A DNA stretch of 64,000 bases from Paraspadella gotoi (lineage: Eukaryota; Animalia; Chaetognatha): the NCBI GenBank assembly GCA_051294375.1, contig CM119270.1, forward strand, positions 19,789,741-19,853,740, written 5' to 3'. The notes below the pieces were generated by a model. That model saw only the letters and a list, made by a program, of their open reading frames with translations, was not told where the DNA came from and did not search any database. The position numbers and the translations under genes were made by a program. Shown one piece after another: positions 51,361 to 63,925 of this stretch (the stretch's first letter is position 1; each line of letters begins with the position of its first letter).

Positions 51361-54300
51361 CGACTTTCTACCGGAATCTCTCTCTCAACGTCAATAAAAA
51401 AATCATTTAGTTAGTAAATCGTAATGAGAATTTTATTTCATATCAATAATGATACGTAATATAATGTACCCAACTACTCACCCGAATATTGACAAAATAT
51501 AAGGACCCTCGTTTTCTAAGAAAAGGTTCGAGGAAATATTGACGTTCGCCTGTCAAGTCGAAGATGAACGAAAATCAAATGTTTTAATACAGTTTAGCAT
51601 TTGGTTGGTGGAGGATCAGCCAATCAATGAAACAACTTTCGGATTATATTTAGAACCACATCGTTCGACAATCAATCATTCAATCAATTAATCAATCAAT
51701 CCATCCATCAATTAATTATTCAATCAATCAATCAATCAAGTTAAACATTGAAAAATCATCGAAATCCGTCTTATTTCAAAAGAAACTTTACCAAAAATTT
51801 AGCAAAAATTTCGAGGGAACAATAGTAGCGATTCAGCAAAAATTTCTATAGACTTTTTTTCCCAACGATGATAAAAAACGAAAAGAATATTAATTGATTA
51901 ATGGAATCGATCATCATAACGATGTTTGAAAGCAGCGTACGTCACAGTGTTACTATTCATGTCTTTCGTATTAAAAAGAAATCGTTGTTACAATGATATC
52001 TACATAAACATAATTTCTTGCAAATTCACTACAATCTATGCAACTATCCGAAAACAACTTTTAATTCATTAAGCCTTATTATTCAATTTTCTATGTTTTT
52101 TTTGCATTATCCCGTTTTTCCACGGCAAAACAACTACATGACCCACAACAAGGGCTGGAGATCCATCATCCAGCGCTCATATTCACCACTGCCGCAAATT
52201 CGACTCCACTTTCCACGGTATATCATCTATACGATCAACTAATACGTTATATTACTGGATGCAACAACGCAGTTCATCTAACCAACGAAAGGACAGTCAC
52301 GCTAAAGCAGTCGTAGTTGACTCTCTACAAACGAAGCGTATAGGACGAGAGAAAATAGAAACTGGGGTATTCACCAAAGACCTGACAATCTCCCCACAAA
52401 CTCATCACTACACATATTTACTTTCGTCAGCCGGAAGACCTCTAATTACAAGTAATATTCAAGCAAATACAATCATTTTAGAACGCAATGTGCGGAATTC
52501 ATGTAATTATGTATGGAATAAGGTTAACGGGAAATTCATTGTGGAGGAAGTGAGTAGCAGTCGGGTGTTAGGAACGGCTCTCATTGGTAGGCAATTTGGC
52601 TGCGGGTCCTAACTAAATCTGTGATAGCGGTGCAGCGCCTAAATCGGTCAATCGCCAATCTAGGTCGGGGCTCCAGCCGTGGACTAATCCTATGGTTAAT
52701 GAAATTGGTAAGGACCCATCAATTTGGCGGAAAATCGGTAATCATAGAAACGTCGCTTGGCATAATGATTCGGTTATAAAATATATTTCACATGGGCCTA
52801 ATTTATTGTTCCAAGGAGACGCCATGAAGATAATTGGGGATGAAGAATTTAGATTTCTTATGGTAACTACATCTGGTCCGCCACTATAAGCAATGATTGT
52901 ACGTTTAATTATTTTGAATTGAGTGGTGAACTTGATTGATGAGCATGCCTTGTGTACGAATTACAGCGGCGATTGTCAAAGTAAACATTACATCGCACAT
53001 GGCACGAATTGGAGGCACTGGTAAAAAATCGATAGACGAATTGGACCATTTAATTGGAGATTTGACGAAATCAGATTCGCAATGAAATTGTGACGAATCT
53101 GCCGTGGCATCGAACGATGTGGTATCATTAAAAATAGATTGAGATGCCTGAAAGTTGATCTTTCAACAACTTGATGTGAGCCTGACTCACCCCCGCTCTC
53201 ACCATACGCATAATGTGATCGATCAAACCACTGTAATGGTGAAACAGTGGGATTTCTGACATCTCTCTCGCGATATCGATCTCTGCGAACTTTACGGAGT
53301 GCGAGCGATAGGTAGTGGAAATAGATTATCTTATTTGTCAATTATTTACTAACTTTTTCTCCAGGCGGCGCAATTAACATGCTGACAATCTTCGGCTAGT
53401 CCCCACACTGTATTTCACCACAGTTCGCGAACACCTTTTTCTGTAGAACTGATATCGCGTCCTACTGCGACGCCGAATGCTGAACTGAGGCGGGAGATCC
53501 TATGCGTATAGATAGATTGTTGTCAGAAACTGATTGTCTGTCGCGAGGCGGCTCGAATTCAAGAACAACACACGATATATTATGGTTCATAGACGACTNN
53601 NNNNNNNNNNNNNNNNNNNNNNNTTAAAGTCTTTTTCTCCTCCGCACATTTCTCACCTATCAAAGCCAGCCTCGTATTCTGCACATGAAGATCGATTATA
53701 GGATGCGGCGTCTTGTTGAACATCTCGACGCCATTGTCCACGATGCGGCTCCGCTGGATGACGATGTCCGGCGAGGTTTCTCCGATGCTCACGTGCTGAA
53801 TTCCGCCGTGGTCGTTGCGCTCGATGGTGAGGCGGGTCAAGTTGATCATTTTGGGTTTGCTGTGGGAGAAAACGAGGAAAGGTCGGGTTAGTTACATGGA
53901 TGTTGTCATTTTATTAAGAAACCTTCTCATACAGATGTCTAATCTTCCAGTGAAGCTTAGACAATAGTTTAAACCCTTTGATCGAAATAGTTCAGGTCCT
54001 TCGAGCCAGAATCACCTAAAACTTTGTCCATTATCATCAATTGTCTACCATCGCCCAAAATTTTGGCCAGAATCACTTAAACATTTCGGCCCACAAAGAA
54101 TCACTTTAACTCGTTGGCCACAATCACCAAAACCTTTGGACCTCAACCATCTAAAGGTTTTGATGGACATCAGCCCAACCTTTTTGTCAAAATTACCAGT
54201 CTTTTGATCAGAATCACTGCAATAACTTCAACACTTTGGCCACTGTCATTTTAACCTTTTGGCCTCAAATCACCTGAACGTGTTGGCCGGTGGGAGGTTG

Positions 54301-57300
54301 AAGACTTCGGCGATGAACCCGTAGGCCATTTGGGCGGGAGTCGCGTTGACGCGAAGACTCACGAATTCTCCTTTGGACATGAAGACGTTGTCGAGCTCAC
54401 CTCGATCTCGGGACCCGTTGCGCAGCTCGATCATCATGTCTGTGAAGTTGTCACCGTTGTAGATCTGGGGGGGGGAAGAGGGGGAAATAAGTTGTTGTTG
54501 TTGTGTTAGAAATTAATTATAAATAGATAAAAAGATAGATAAATAGATAGCAAAAATAATAGCTATGCAGATAAATAGATAGATAAATATTTTAAAAAAT
54601 GATATCAGGTGTAATTCTTGTCGTCGTGAAGTTGTTGATTAGATCGTTTAGTAGAGTTTATGATATTGTTTGTTTGTATAATATGCAGATGTAGAAAAAA
54701 CAAAGACGAGAATATACGTGAATATACGTGAATATACCGCCACAGTATACAATATAAAAATAAACAAAGATTTCAACACTTGTCGTTAAGCGAAGATTCA
54801 AATTAAACGGACGGACGGACCTGCAAATTGTCCGTATAAGTTGAGTCGTTAAAAAGTTTGAACATGAGAAACCGAATTCCCAAGTTTCCGTTGATCCTCG
54901 ACGCGCGAAAAGTTTTGATGCAGTGACGATAGATGTAGCGATATTTGTAGAAGACGATGACCCGCTCGGTGATGTTGATCTCTTTGATGGGGTCGCAGAT
55001 GTCCACCATCCCGAAGAGTTGGTAGGGGATGGTGGACTCGTTGAAGACTCGGAAGGTAGATTCCAGTTCGGAGGTCTGGCCGCTGAGGACGAGAGATCTG
55101 GAGGTTGGAGGAGAGGGGGGGGTTGTGGGGGAAAAGAGAGAGAGTGAGTTATTGGGATGTGGGGGTAAGGTGTTTGGACAAAGGAGGATTGCGGTGGAGG
55201 GTGGGGGTTATGAAAGAGGATAAAAATAAGTAAAATAGAAAAAAAAGGAGAATGGGCGAGAGAGAATAAAAATATAGGGAATGAAAAAAATGTAGTTTGG
55301 GCGGGCAATGCCCACTGGGCATGGAAAGTTGCAAATAAAGCTGATCGGCTCCTACAAAATTCATCCCCGCCCCTCCCTCTACCCTTTCTCCCCCTCCCTT
55401 CTAACCTCACTGCGTAACCAAAGGTATTCTTAATGGTTGTGTTGGACACCAAGACATTGCTGAGAGGAGCGATGATCCCAACGCCGTCGTGGGCGCAGTT
55501 GGACAGAGTGATGTTCTTAACGTCGACTCCTTGATAAACCATCTCGATGGAGGCCGAGTGTTCGTCGTGCAACATCCCGGCGCCGTAGATTTCCACGTTG
55601 ACGAGTTTGTTTCTTTATTTTTGGGAGGAGGAAGGGGTCGGGAAGGGGGTGGTGGAGTTGAGGGGGGAGTGGAAGGGGGTGTGGGAGACAGGGGGTTTTA
55701 AGGTGGATTGGGGAGAAGGGATGGTAAGGTCGGATAAGAGTGGCGAGGAGTGCAAAGGGTGAAAAGATCAAATGGACCGCGCAGGATGTAAAAAAAATGT
55801 AATTTTCTTAATTTTTTGAATCCGAATGTTAAGATGTCGTTGTTATTGTTTTTTGTTTTTGTCCAATTCACCCAACAAAGGTTTCACAGCCCGATTCTTA
55901 AATGACAAAAAAATTTGATCAGAAATACAGGGTGCCAAGAATTTGAGGGGTTGTTGATAATGATTAGGATGTAAATTGACTGATGTTTAAGCGTTAAAAA
56001 CATTTAAAAGCAAGATTTTTAAATAAAAATTTAGACTTTTCTAATTATTGAAAAAAAAAAGCCACAAAAAAGACGTAATGAAATTACCTATCTCTGCGTT
56101 TATCAAATTAAAAATATAAACAAAATAGTTATTTTAATAAAAACAATCAGAACCAGGAAAGTAAGTCTGTATTGGACCTTTTTACACGACTACCGTCATT
56201 CATCAATCATCATCTTTTGATCTCGAAATGACGGCTTCTTCACCTCGGCTCCGTCCCGTACAACTCTGAGACCATTACTCACCGCAGCCTCTATTTCCTC
56301 TCACCTCTATACCCGCCCAGCCTCTTGTTTTCCTCACCTGTTGATCACCATGTCTCTAAAGTCGAAGCTGTGACTGGCGAACCTCACGTTCCCCCAGTAT
56401 TCCATGTCCTTTGGTATGTTTTTCTCTCCGCAGGTGATGTAGACATACTCGTCGTATCTGACGCACTCGTCGAGGTCGTTGTCCCGACGCGAGGGACATT
56501 CCTCGAGCTTGTCCTCGTCGCCGGTGCAGAGGAAGGAACGCCACCAGGGGGGCGGTTGACGACCAGTTCGGGGATAGTAGAACTCGATGTTCGTCTTTTT
56601 TTCCGAGAAGAATCGGGGGGAGGGGTGATAGAGAGTAGAAAGGAATGGAAGGGTTTTCATAATTAGTCAAATTAGTGTTTAATAAATATCGGTTTTCATA
56701 ATTAGTCAAATTAGTGTTTAATAAATATCGGTTTTCATAATTAGTAAAGTTATTGCTTAATAAACATAGACGTTGAAAACTATAACAGATGCACGGACAA
56801 AAATGGATTCACAAAAACTACAGTTAAATTTATAAATTCAGAGAAAAATATTGTGAAACTAAAGATTATTACGACGGAGAAAAGTGTCATTTAGAGCGAA
56901 ACAAAAGCTCAGAATGAAGACTCTTACACTTTCTTTCAGAGCTCACTGATAATTAATGAACTACTGTGGCCTGCCATACTACCATTATAAATAGTATACA
57001 TGAGAGTTTGTAAAACCCTGCCAAAACTACAACAACCAACCCTAACCATCACAACAGCCTTGATCACACCTCACCTGCCAGACTTCGGCGTGAAAGACGT
57101 CGTGACCCAATTCACCGCAAATGACTCTCGCGGATCGATAAGAAAAAGTCTGATCACAGACTCGATTCCATTCGTCGAAAGTTCGATTGTAAATCTCGAG
57201 AAATCCTTCAGATGGCGTCTTCCCTTTGACGAGACGAACGAAGTCGCTCTCCACGTTGCCGAGGAAGAGACGCGCGTTGGGGTTGACCACTGGCGACATC

Positions 57301-57651
57301 TTGATGGGGAGACTGTGGGGTTGTGGATGGGGTGTGGATGGGGATGGGGTTGGGCAGTGTATGGGGATAGGGTATGGAGGGGAAAGATAAATAAATGTTG
57401 GTGGAGAGAAGGTGGAAAGAAAATAGGAGGTTTTAAACAAAGTAAAATTCTTTTCTTTTCTTTTTTAAATTTATAACAAATTGTAAGACCTTTTCTATGT
57501 GTACCTTTGTTCCATTTTCTTTTTTCTTTCTTTTTCCGCATTCTTCCCTCGTTTAATTTATTAAATGTAATCAGATCAGAAGTCCGTTTCTTTCTAAACT
57601 TACTTCCTCTTACTTCCTCTCCCTTCTCTCTCTATCTCTCTCTCTTCTTCT

Positions 57652-57682
<31 letters not shown>

Positions 57683-60031
57683 CTCTCTCTCTCTCCTCTC
57701 TCCTCCCTTCCTCCCCTCACTCAACTTCTCTCCACTCCCCCCTCTCCCACCTCCCTCCACCCCTTATCTCCCCCCCCCAAAACCGCCCCCCCACCTCTTG
57801 GTCCCCTGCGCGTTCAACGTCCCCAAGACGAGAATCCCGATGTTGGGGCGAAACTGGAGATGAACGCCGGGTTCTATGGTAAGTGTGGCGCCGGGCATGA
57901 TGGTGAGGTCGCTGGCGACGAGGTAAGGTTCGTCGCGGCGGCGGAGGCGAATGGATTTGGTCACGCGGCCGCCGAGGGACGCGTCTGTGGGTGAGGTGGA
58001 GGAAAGATAGAAGGTGAGGTTCTTGGTAATGATGTGAAAATAATTTATTTTTACTTTCCTAGTTTTTACTTTTCAAAAAAAAAAAGGACCAAAAAATTAA
58101 GCGGTCCCAAATTTGCTGAGACAGTTAGTTGACGATGGAAAGATAAATAAAGAATAGCAGATGATTAATATTTATCATTTTCGCAAGTATTTCATTACAA
58201 CTAAGAGAAAACCTTAATTAGCCTAAAGAATTTAAATGCCTCGTTTTGAACTGTAAATCTTGTTACCTTACCTTACCTTACTTCACCCAATATCACTCAC
58301 CCGAGTCGATGATTGACAGTCCTATTTCCCGCCTCGTCTTCACTCACTACATCCCCAAAGTGACCTCACTCGAATTAACTCACCCGTGTTAATGACGGGC
58401 GGTTCTACTTCTTGCGTCGTCCTCACGTATTTTCCTCCTCGTTTCACCAAAAAAGGAAAAAAGTTGGCGACGCAAAATTGATTCCAGTCATCGAAGTCGA
58501 AGATTTTATGGCGAATTTCAGTCTTGAGATGAAATAAGAATAAATGAATACTATTATTAAATAACAATATTTAATTAAGAATTCAATATATATCTTGCAT
58601 GACAGATGGCAAGGAACTTGTATAATACTAAACAAACAAACAAAACAAACAAGGTTGCAAAATCTCACAACAAATATTTCAAAAATAAGGAATTTTTAGC
58701 TTGGTGAGTTGACCAGTTAACATGATTTTTTTTTGGCGAGCTCCTCATCTTACCTTACCCGCCAACCCAACCAGATTATATTAGTTATAATAGTGATAAT
58801 GCTCTATTCATTACTAAATTAAAATTATAATTACAATTTAACATTTTTATCCTTTTTTTTTATTATTGACGAAATTTAGGAAGTAAAACCTTGTTAGAAA
58901 AATGACTATTCTAATGAAACCCATTGCAGAAGATCTAGAAACTCAAAAGATGGAATCACGTTGGACCATTAGTATACCAATTTTTAAGCTGACTTTTTTC
59001 CACCCACCTGACTCTCCGTGTTCCAAAAATTCTCCGTAGCGTCAACAAAGGAGCTGGCGGTGGCCGCCGTCAGCGCCGCCATGAACTCGTGCGTCAACTC
59101 GGGATTCTCGAAGGCGTTTTGAGAGACGCTGACGTTTTGGACGCCGGAGACGATGACGCCGAAGGAGTCAGTTTGGAAAGCGGACGCCTGGGGTTGGGGG
59201 GGGGCGAAGAGGTGGTGGAAGGAAATGGAGGGATGGGGGATTAATTGTTAAGCACATTAGTTGTACGTTTCATTTTGATTTTACATTAAGCACTTTAAGA
59301 AGCTAGAAAAGTACTTTTTTAATGGTTAAATTTGTTTAAATTTTTAACTGTTTTTCTTTTGTGTTAAAAGGCTGGCCTTAATTCTTTATTCTCTTATTTA
59401 AATTATTTTTTCCTTCCTTCCTCTTTCTTTATTCACTTTTTTTCTTCTCTTTTTATACAATCATTAATTAATTAATTAATTGATTAATTAATTCATTCAT
59501 TCATCCATTCCTTCCTTCTTTCTTTATTTCACTCTTTCCTGCTTTAATTTTTCCCTCCCTACTTTCCTTTCCACCTTCCTTCCTTCCTTCTCCCCTTCCC
59601 TTCCCCTCCCCCTTCCCCGTCCCCGTCCCTTCCTCCTTCCCATTCCCCCTCCTCACATCCCCACTCCCCCACCTTAAACGACCGCCCCGCCTTCCCGTTC
59701 GGCCCTTTATTCCCGATCAACTCGTTGAACATGAATTCCGCCTTCCGCTTGTAAACTTGGATGATGTGAAAGAAGAAAGGCTTGGACTCTATGTCCACGT
59801 CGGGGAAAGCTTGCTTGGCGGCCTCGAGCAAGGCCCTTATCTCTTCTTCCCTCAAGAGACGGACGAACTCGGAATGACTGATCATGTCGAACTTGACGAC
59901 AAAGCGACCCGAGTTGGAGAGGAACTCGTTACCGTTCACCATCATGAACTTTTCGAACCCGCTGGAGTTGGGAAATTTTGATGGGGTTGGGGAAGAAGAG
60001 GGGGATGGATTTGGGGTGGGCGATCGGAGGA

Positions 60032-60104
<73 letters not shown>

Positions 60105-60666
60105 ACTTCTTGTGCTCAAAATGTAAATGAAGAACATCAATTAAAATGCAAGAATTGTGAAGTCAGGGGACGGCTAATATGGTTTAATTGCAGATATATG
60201 AAGGGCCTCCTAGTTTGAAAAAAATATCTAGTATTGCTTTGTACAATTTTAATGATTCCATTTGTTGGGAGTTTAATTGTTTCAATAACTCGATCATATT
60301 TGTGTAAATTAAAAAAAAAACATTTGAAATAAAAATCTTAATTTTTCAACCTTCACATCGACCACTATTCCCCCCATAACAATCATATATCTCCTCTTCC
60401 ACCTTCTCACCCTAACAAACCACCTTCCGCCACCAACCTTCCCCTCTCCCCCCACCCACCTAATCGAGACGAGTCCCTTCTTGCATCTGTTGTTCTCAAA
60501 CTTATTCCTCGTTACGTTGACGAAGGCGAAATATCCGTAGATGGACATTTGGAAATTCTCGTTGTGCGCGAACTCGTTGGAGTCGAACTCGATCATGTGA
60601 GTCCGATTGGCCAACTCGATCTTGATGTTGGGCAGATGGAGGACGATCCCGTCCTTGCGGTTGTAT
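23798..60666 (-). CDS. bark: Protein bark beetle/anakonda-like type I membrane protein (PbH repeats, SRCR, CUB-like, C-type lectin, TM, cytoplasmic tail); 5' part lies beyond the window
   Basis: Exons high to low: 60460-60666, 59673-59961, 59008-59187 (VDATENFW), 58384-58522 (IRHKIFDFDDWN), 57795-57984 (LGGRV...PYLVASDLTIMPGATLTIEPGV), 57075-57312 and 56338-56594 (SRCR: VRLVKG...EGFLEIYN...VICGELG; YWGNVRF), 55406-55612 (VEIYGAGMLHDE), 54821-55097, 54274-54464 (YGFIAEV), 53657-53859, 50717-50929 (with gap), 47428-47605 (VDADENCWG), ~45920-46026 and 45731-45836 (error-rich), 44854-45007 (CDELQPFICEK), 44473-44581 (TM), 26063-26138 (ERRNSIR), 23798-25734. Phases are consistent outside the noisy regions; family assignment is from recalled motifs. 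Confidence 0.85.
26063..26138 (-). CDS. bark: Juxtamembrane exon of the bark-like gene (ARKRKREFFERRNSIRHSARLARSS)
   Basis: TTTTCAG acceptor and GTGAGA donor; phase 0 matches the TM exon ending RRIK at 44473; ERRNSIR is recalled as the bark juxtamembrane motif. Confidence 0.75.
26363..26510. repeat. 67-bp tandem duplication (about 2.2 copies)
   Basis: TTCCTTCCATGTTTGTCCCC...CCTTACCATGTC starts at 26381 and again at 26448. Confidence 0.85.
28394..43778 (+). CDS. Very large (~3,650 aa) uncharacterised protein: cupredoxin-like repeats, FN3-associated domain, many fibronectin type III repeats, thioredoxin-like domain, low-complexity C-terminus
   Basis: Exons: ~28394-28602, 28990-29103, 29307-29570, 29756-30082, 30430-31124, 31355-31539, 31816-32309, 32658-39048, 39342-39432, 39648-39780, 39989-40318, 40601-41046, 41377-41691, 42177-42328, 42696-42836, 43106-43778. 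GT-AG and in phase from 28990 to 41691; apparent 1-2 nt slips near 28412, 42177 and 43187. Confidence 0.85.
32658..39048 (+). CDS. 6,391-nt exon encoding an FN3-associated domain (AKIYYTL), FN3 repeats and a Gln/Pro-rich linker
   Basis: Contains the 2131-aa ORF; repeated PP..P...W.....GY.I..G FN3 pattern; acceptor TCCTTAG at 32657, donor GTAAAG at 39049. Confidence 0.92.
41377..42328 (+). CDS. Thioredoxin-like domain exons (PVLLLFWTAWCSACQ ... LYGVRGVPTLVVV)
   Basis: WCxxC motif in 41377-41691 and the cis-Pro loop GVPT in 42177-42328; 1-nt phase discrepancy at the junction. Confidence 0.8.
44473..45007 (-). CDS. bark: End of the C-type lectin domain and transmembrane exons of the bark-like gene
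   Basis: 44854-45007 PWIKG...C...NCDELQPFICEK; 44473-44581 DPSPINVMLP then, after a 1-nt slip, VAIGTAPVSAVILICIICPALLGRRIK. Confidence 0.75.
48313..50414 (+). CDS. Putative nested 4-exon gene, ~265-aa secreted or GPI-anchored low-complexity protein
   Basis: Exons 48313-48455, 49152-49246, 49450-49718 and 50124-50414 join in frame (phases 2, 1, 0). N-terminal signal-like MRTFFALQILAFLVFVLL, Ser-rich stalk and hydrophobic C-terminus. Some splice sites are weak and no homology is recognised. Confidence 0.5.
50932..51137. repeat. ~26-28-bp G-rich minisatellite (GGAGTGGAAAGGTAAGGTTGGGTG), about 7 copies
   Basis: Visible tandem units; on the minus strand they form the C-rich tract before a bark acceptor. 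Confidence 0.8.
54000..54280. repeat. Degenerate ~27-bp tandem repeat (GGCCAGAATCACCTAAAACTTT-like)
   Basis: Recurring GGCC..AATCAC..AA..TTT units running up to the exon boundary at 54274. Confidence 0.55.
56338..57312 (-). CDS. bark: SRCR domain exons of the bark-like gene
   Basis: VRLVKGKTPSEGFLEIYNRTFDEWNRVCDQTFSYRSARVICGELG and CTGDEDKLEECP...YVYITC. Confidence 0.9.
56653..56746. repeat. ~39-bp tandem repeat, about 2.4 copies
   Basis: GTTTTCATAATTAGTCAAATTAGTGTTTAATAAATATCG repeated. Confidence 0.8.
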
Positions 60667-62428
60667 CTTAGGGGGGGAGAGGGAGGTTAAGGGGAGGAGG
60701 GATGATTGATTTGTGATTAGTTTGATTATCTGATTTGATTTATATCTTATTTTATTTTATATTTGATTGATTTGATTGACTTGATTTTCAATCATTGTAT
60801 TTTATTTTATTTTTATTGTTTTGATTTGGTTTAATGGATTACCTTTATTGATAACCTCTTTGGAGTGAGAGGTACCAACGTTAGATTGACACCGCGAGAC
60901 ACTTATTACAATATTTTGTCTTTTTCACAACTTATAAAAAATGTAAAAAATTACTTCACTATTTTATCTTTTTAGATTTTACTGTTTTTATTTAAATGTA
61001 CTATTTCTCTTTTATTTTTTCTCTTTTTTTTTAATATTTTTATATAAGAGTTAGAGCTTGGGAAACTTTTTCAATATCCAAACTTGGAACTAATTCTCAT
61101 AAATATTCAACATTCAACAAAAGGAAAAAAAAAGTAGATTAAATAAAATCCCTAATATAAACTCGAATCCACAGAAGACAAATTAATTCACTGACGGATC
61201 AACTTGAGAGGAAAACACTTTTATTTTTCAATATTTCCTTTGATTTTTTCGTCACTTTGTTTCGCTATTTTCGTTTTATATCTTCTATTCTAATAATGTC
61301 AAACTGTCTATAAAAGTAAATTTTATGTTTCTGTATAAAATTGGTACAACCAATATAAAAACTATCCATTCATTTAATAAATAAGCTATCTTGTCCCTGA
61401 CTATTCAGTTCCTTTATGCTTTTTTGTGTTTTTAAGTAAAGTAATTTTTTACTTTAAATTAAAAAAAACTTAATTATTTTAAGTAAAACGCCTGGAAAAT
61501 AATGGCTATTTAACTATTCTCATGACATTGTGATTCTTATCGGACACTATACGTTAAAACAGAATGGCAGAATATTCTGAGGACGATGGAACGAAATGGA
61601 TTCTAACGCGCGAATACTACGAAATGTTTTTGAAGGTGAGTGAAACAATCTGTCACTTAACAATTAATAATCATCGTAAAAGTTTGTTAACTTTTAAAAT
61701 GTAATAAACGAATAATTATGAAAATAGTTTTATTATCAATATTTTGTACGACACGAAGCGGCAGCCTGTTTAGTTCGTTCTGGTGGATTTTAAGTAGCGT
61801 AGCCATTACATTTTCGTTGTCCATTACATCGAAACAAAGGGTTCATTTTTGAAAGAAAAAAGTTCAATAATGATCAATCCCTTATTTTCTTAAGTTGTCC
61901 TCTGCTCTATAAAACTTTAATATGATTTAGAAAGTAGGGTCTTGATGAGATCGAGTATTTTAAAGTTAAAGATCACTTATTTGTATCTATCGCTTAATCA
62001 TCGGGAGAACATCAGACAATCATCGTGCTGGCTACAGTATTGCACGATTCGAGCAATACTGTAGCCATTTTTTTCTCTCCCACTTTACTCCCCCCCCCTC
62101 TCCCCCTTTTGTTTTCACAAGAATCGAGATTTAATCAATGACGTAAATTTCAGGTTAAGCTCTCGACTCTTTTGAAAAAAGAGAGAAAAAAAGAGAAAAT
62201 AATGGAAGAAGGAAAACAAAGACAAATCGTTCGCATTTCTTCACAATTGAGTTTAAAACAAAAAGAAAAGAACAAAGAAGATTTGACATCCAAATTCCCG
62301 GATGTGATTCGCTCCTTTAAAAATCACCAACTCTAATCACTGGGGCTTTATTTTCCCTTTGCAATTCCTCGCTTGACGTGAGAAAGAAAAAAAGAAAAGT
62401 TTCCGAGGAATATTTAATTATTCATTTG

Positions 62429-62532
<104 letters not shown>

Positions 62533-62689
62533 CAGCGATTGCTGGAAGGAAATTAATCGCTTCCAAATATTCAATAGCTGCGACTGTTTGAATTTTTTTT
62601 ATATGCCAGTCACTACCTGGCAAAAACAATAACTTTTTAAAACTTTTTATGTACAATTAACTGCATCGTCTTCTTTTCTCTCTCTCTCT

Positions 62690-62764
<75 letters not shown>

Positions 62765-62865
62765 TCTCTTTTTTTCCAGCCGTCATTGATCGTCTCTGGT
62801 TCACGTGGCACCCGACGATTCCATCTCTTCCTTCTGCTCCCTTCTTCTCATTGGTTCCCTCGAAA

Positions 62866-63500
62866 ATGTCCGTCCTGCGATCGACGATCTGCGTTGCCAT
62901 GGTGATCGTCGTTATCGTCTCCTTCGTCGTCATGACGACCGCGATTTCGGAGAAGAAGCAAAAGTTGTTGGAAAAGTTAGAGAGGAAACATTATACAGGT
63001 CAATTTTTAATTAGAGGTCAGGAAAGTCATTCCATAATTTTATTTTAGGTATTATAAATATTTTAAATAAAAGGACTTTGATTGGTGCAGAAGCCTATAA
63101 GATCAACGAGACCTGATCCAGTAATTAACGAGAAGCATAATAATTAAAAAAAGTATATTCCTGGTCAGTGGTCACTGGTCACTGTGGTCAGTGGTCAGTG
63201 GTCAGTCTATTTAAACCCTCTTCGTCCCCCCCCCCTTCCGCTCTCTAGGCAATCCCCCTAAACCGACGAAATCCCCAGCGAAACCAAGCGTTGTCTCAGA
63301 TCCTGACTCCCCTTTCGGTTTCGAGGGAAATCCCAAGGAACCGGAAGAGGCGCAGCGATCGAGAGAGCGAGACGATGAGAACGAAAATCAAAACGACGAC
63401 GAAAGCGACGACGAAAACGACGACGAAAAGGACGAATTTCAAAACGCGACGAGAGCCGAAAATCTGCACAAAATTGCCGCTGCGTTGAAGCAGGTGGGAC

Positions 63501-63541
<41 letters not shown>

Positions 63542-63925
63542 ACTACCCTCCTTTTGTCTCAGGCCCGACTCCAAAAAGACAGAAGAGGAAAATCTTCTGA
63601 AGAAATGCAAGCTGCGCTGAAAGCCAAACACTTGGTGGAGAAAAGTCTTCAAGAGAAGAAGGCTGCACTGGAGGCCGAAATGCTGATGGAAAAAACTCTT
63701 CGAGAAAAAGAGACTGCTTTAAAGGCCAAGCAGTTAGTGGAAAAAAGTCTTGAAGAGAAGAAGGCTGCACTGGAGGCCGAACAGTTGATGGTGAAAAGTT
63801 TTCAAGCGAAGGAAGCGTCACTGGAGGCCAAATCGGAGGCCACACCTATGACCAATCGGTCCGTCGAAGCCTCGAACGAGATGTGGGCGAATACGACGAC
63901 GCCGCCGACGATTTGGTTAAAACAA
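62866..63925 (+). CDS. 5' part of a type II membrane (signal-anchor) protein with an acidic stem and 18-aa coiled-coil repeats; continues beyond the window
   Basis: Exons 62866-62998 (MSVLRSTICVAMVIVVIVSFVVMTTAISEKKQK), 63249-63493 (GNPPKP...DDENENQNDDESDD...ALKQ) and 63563-63925 (AALKAKHLVEKSLQEKK-type repeats) splice in frame with GT-AG. Confidence 0.7.

Noticed and set aside
58301-58364. Additional minus-strand mini-exon
   Set aside because: It would need a ~20-nt intron, and 58384 already joins 57984 in frame.
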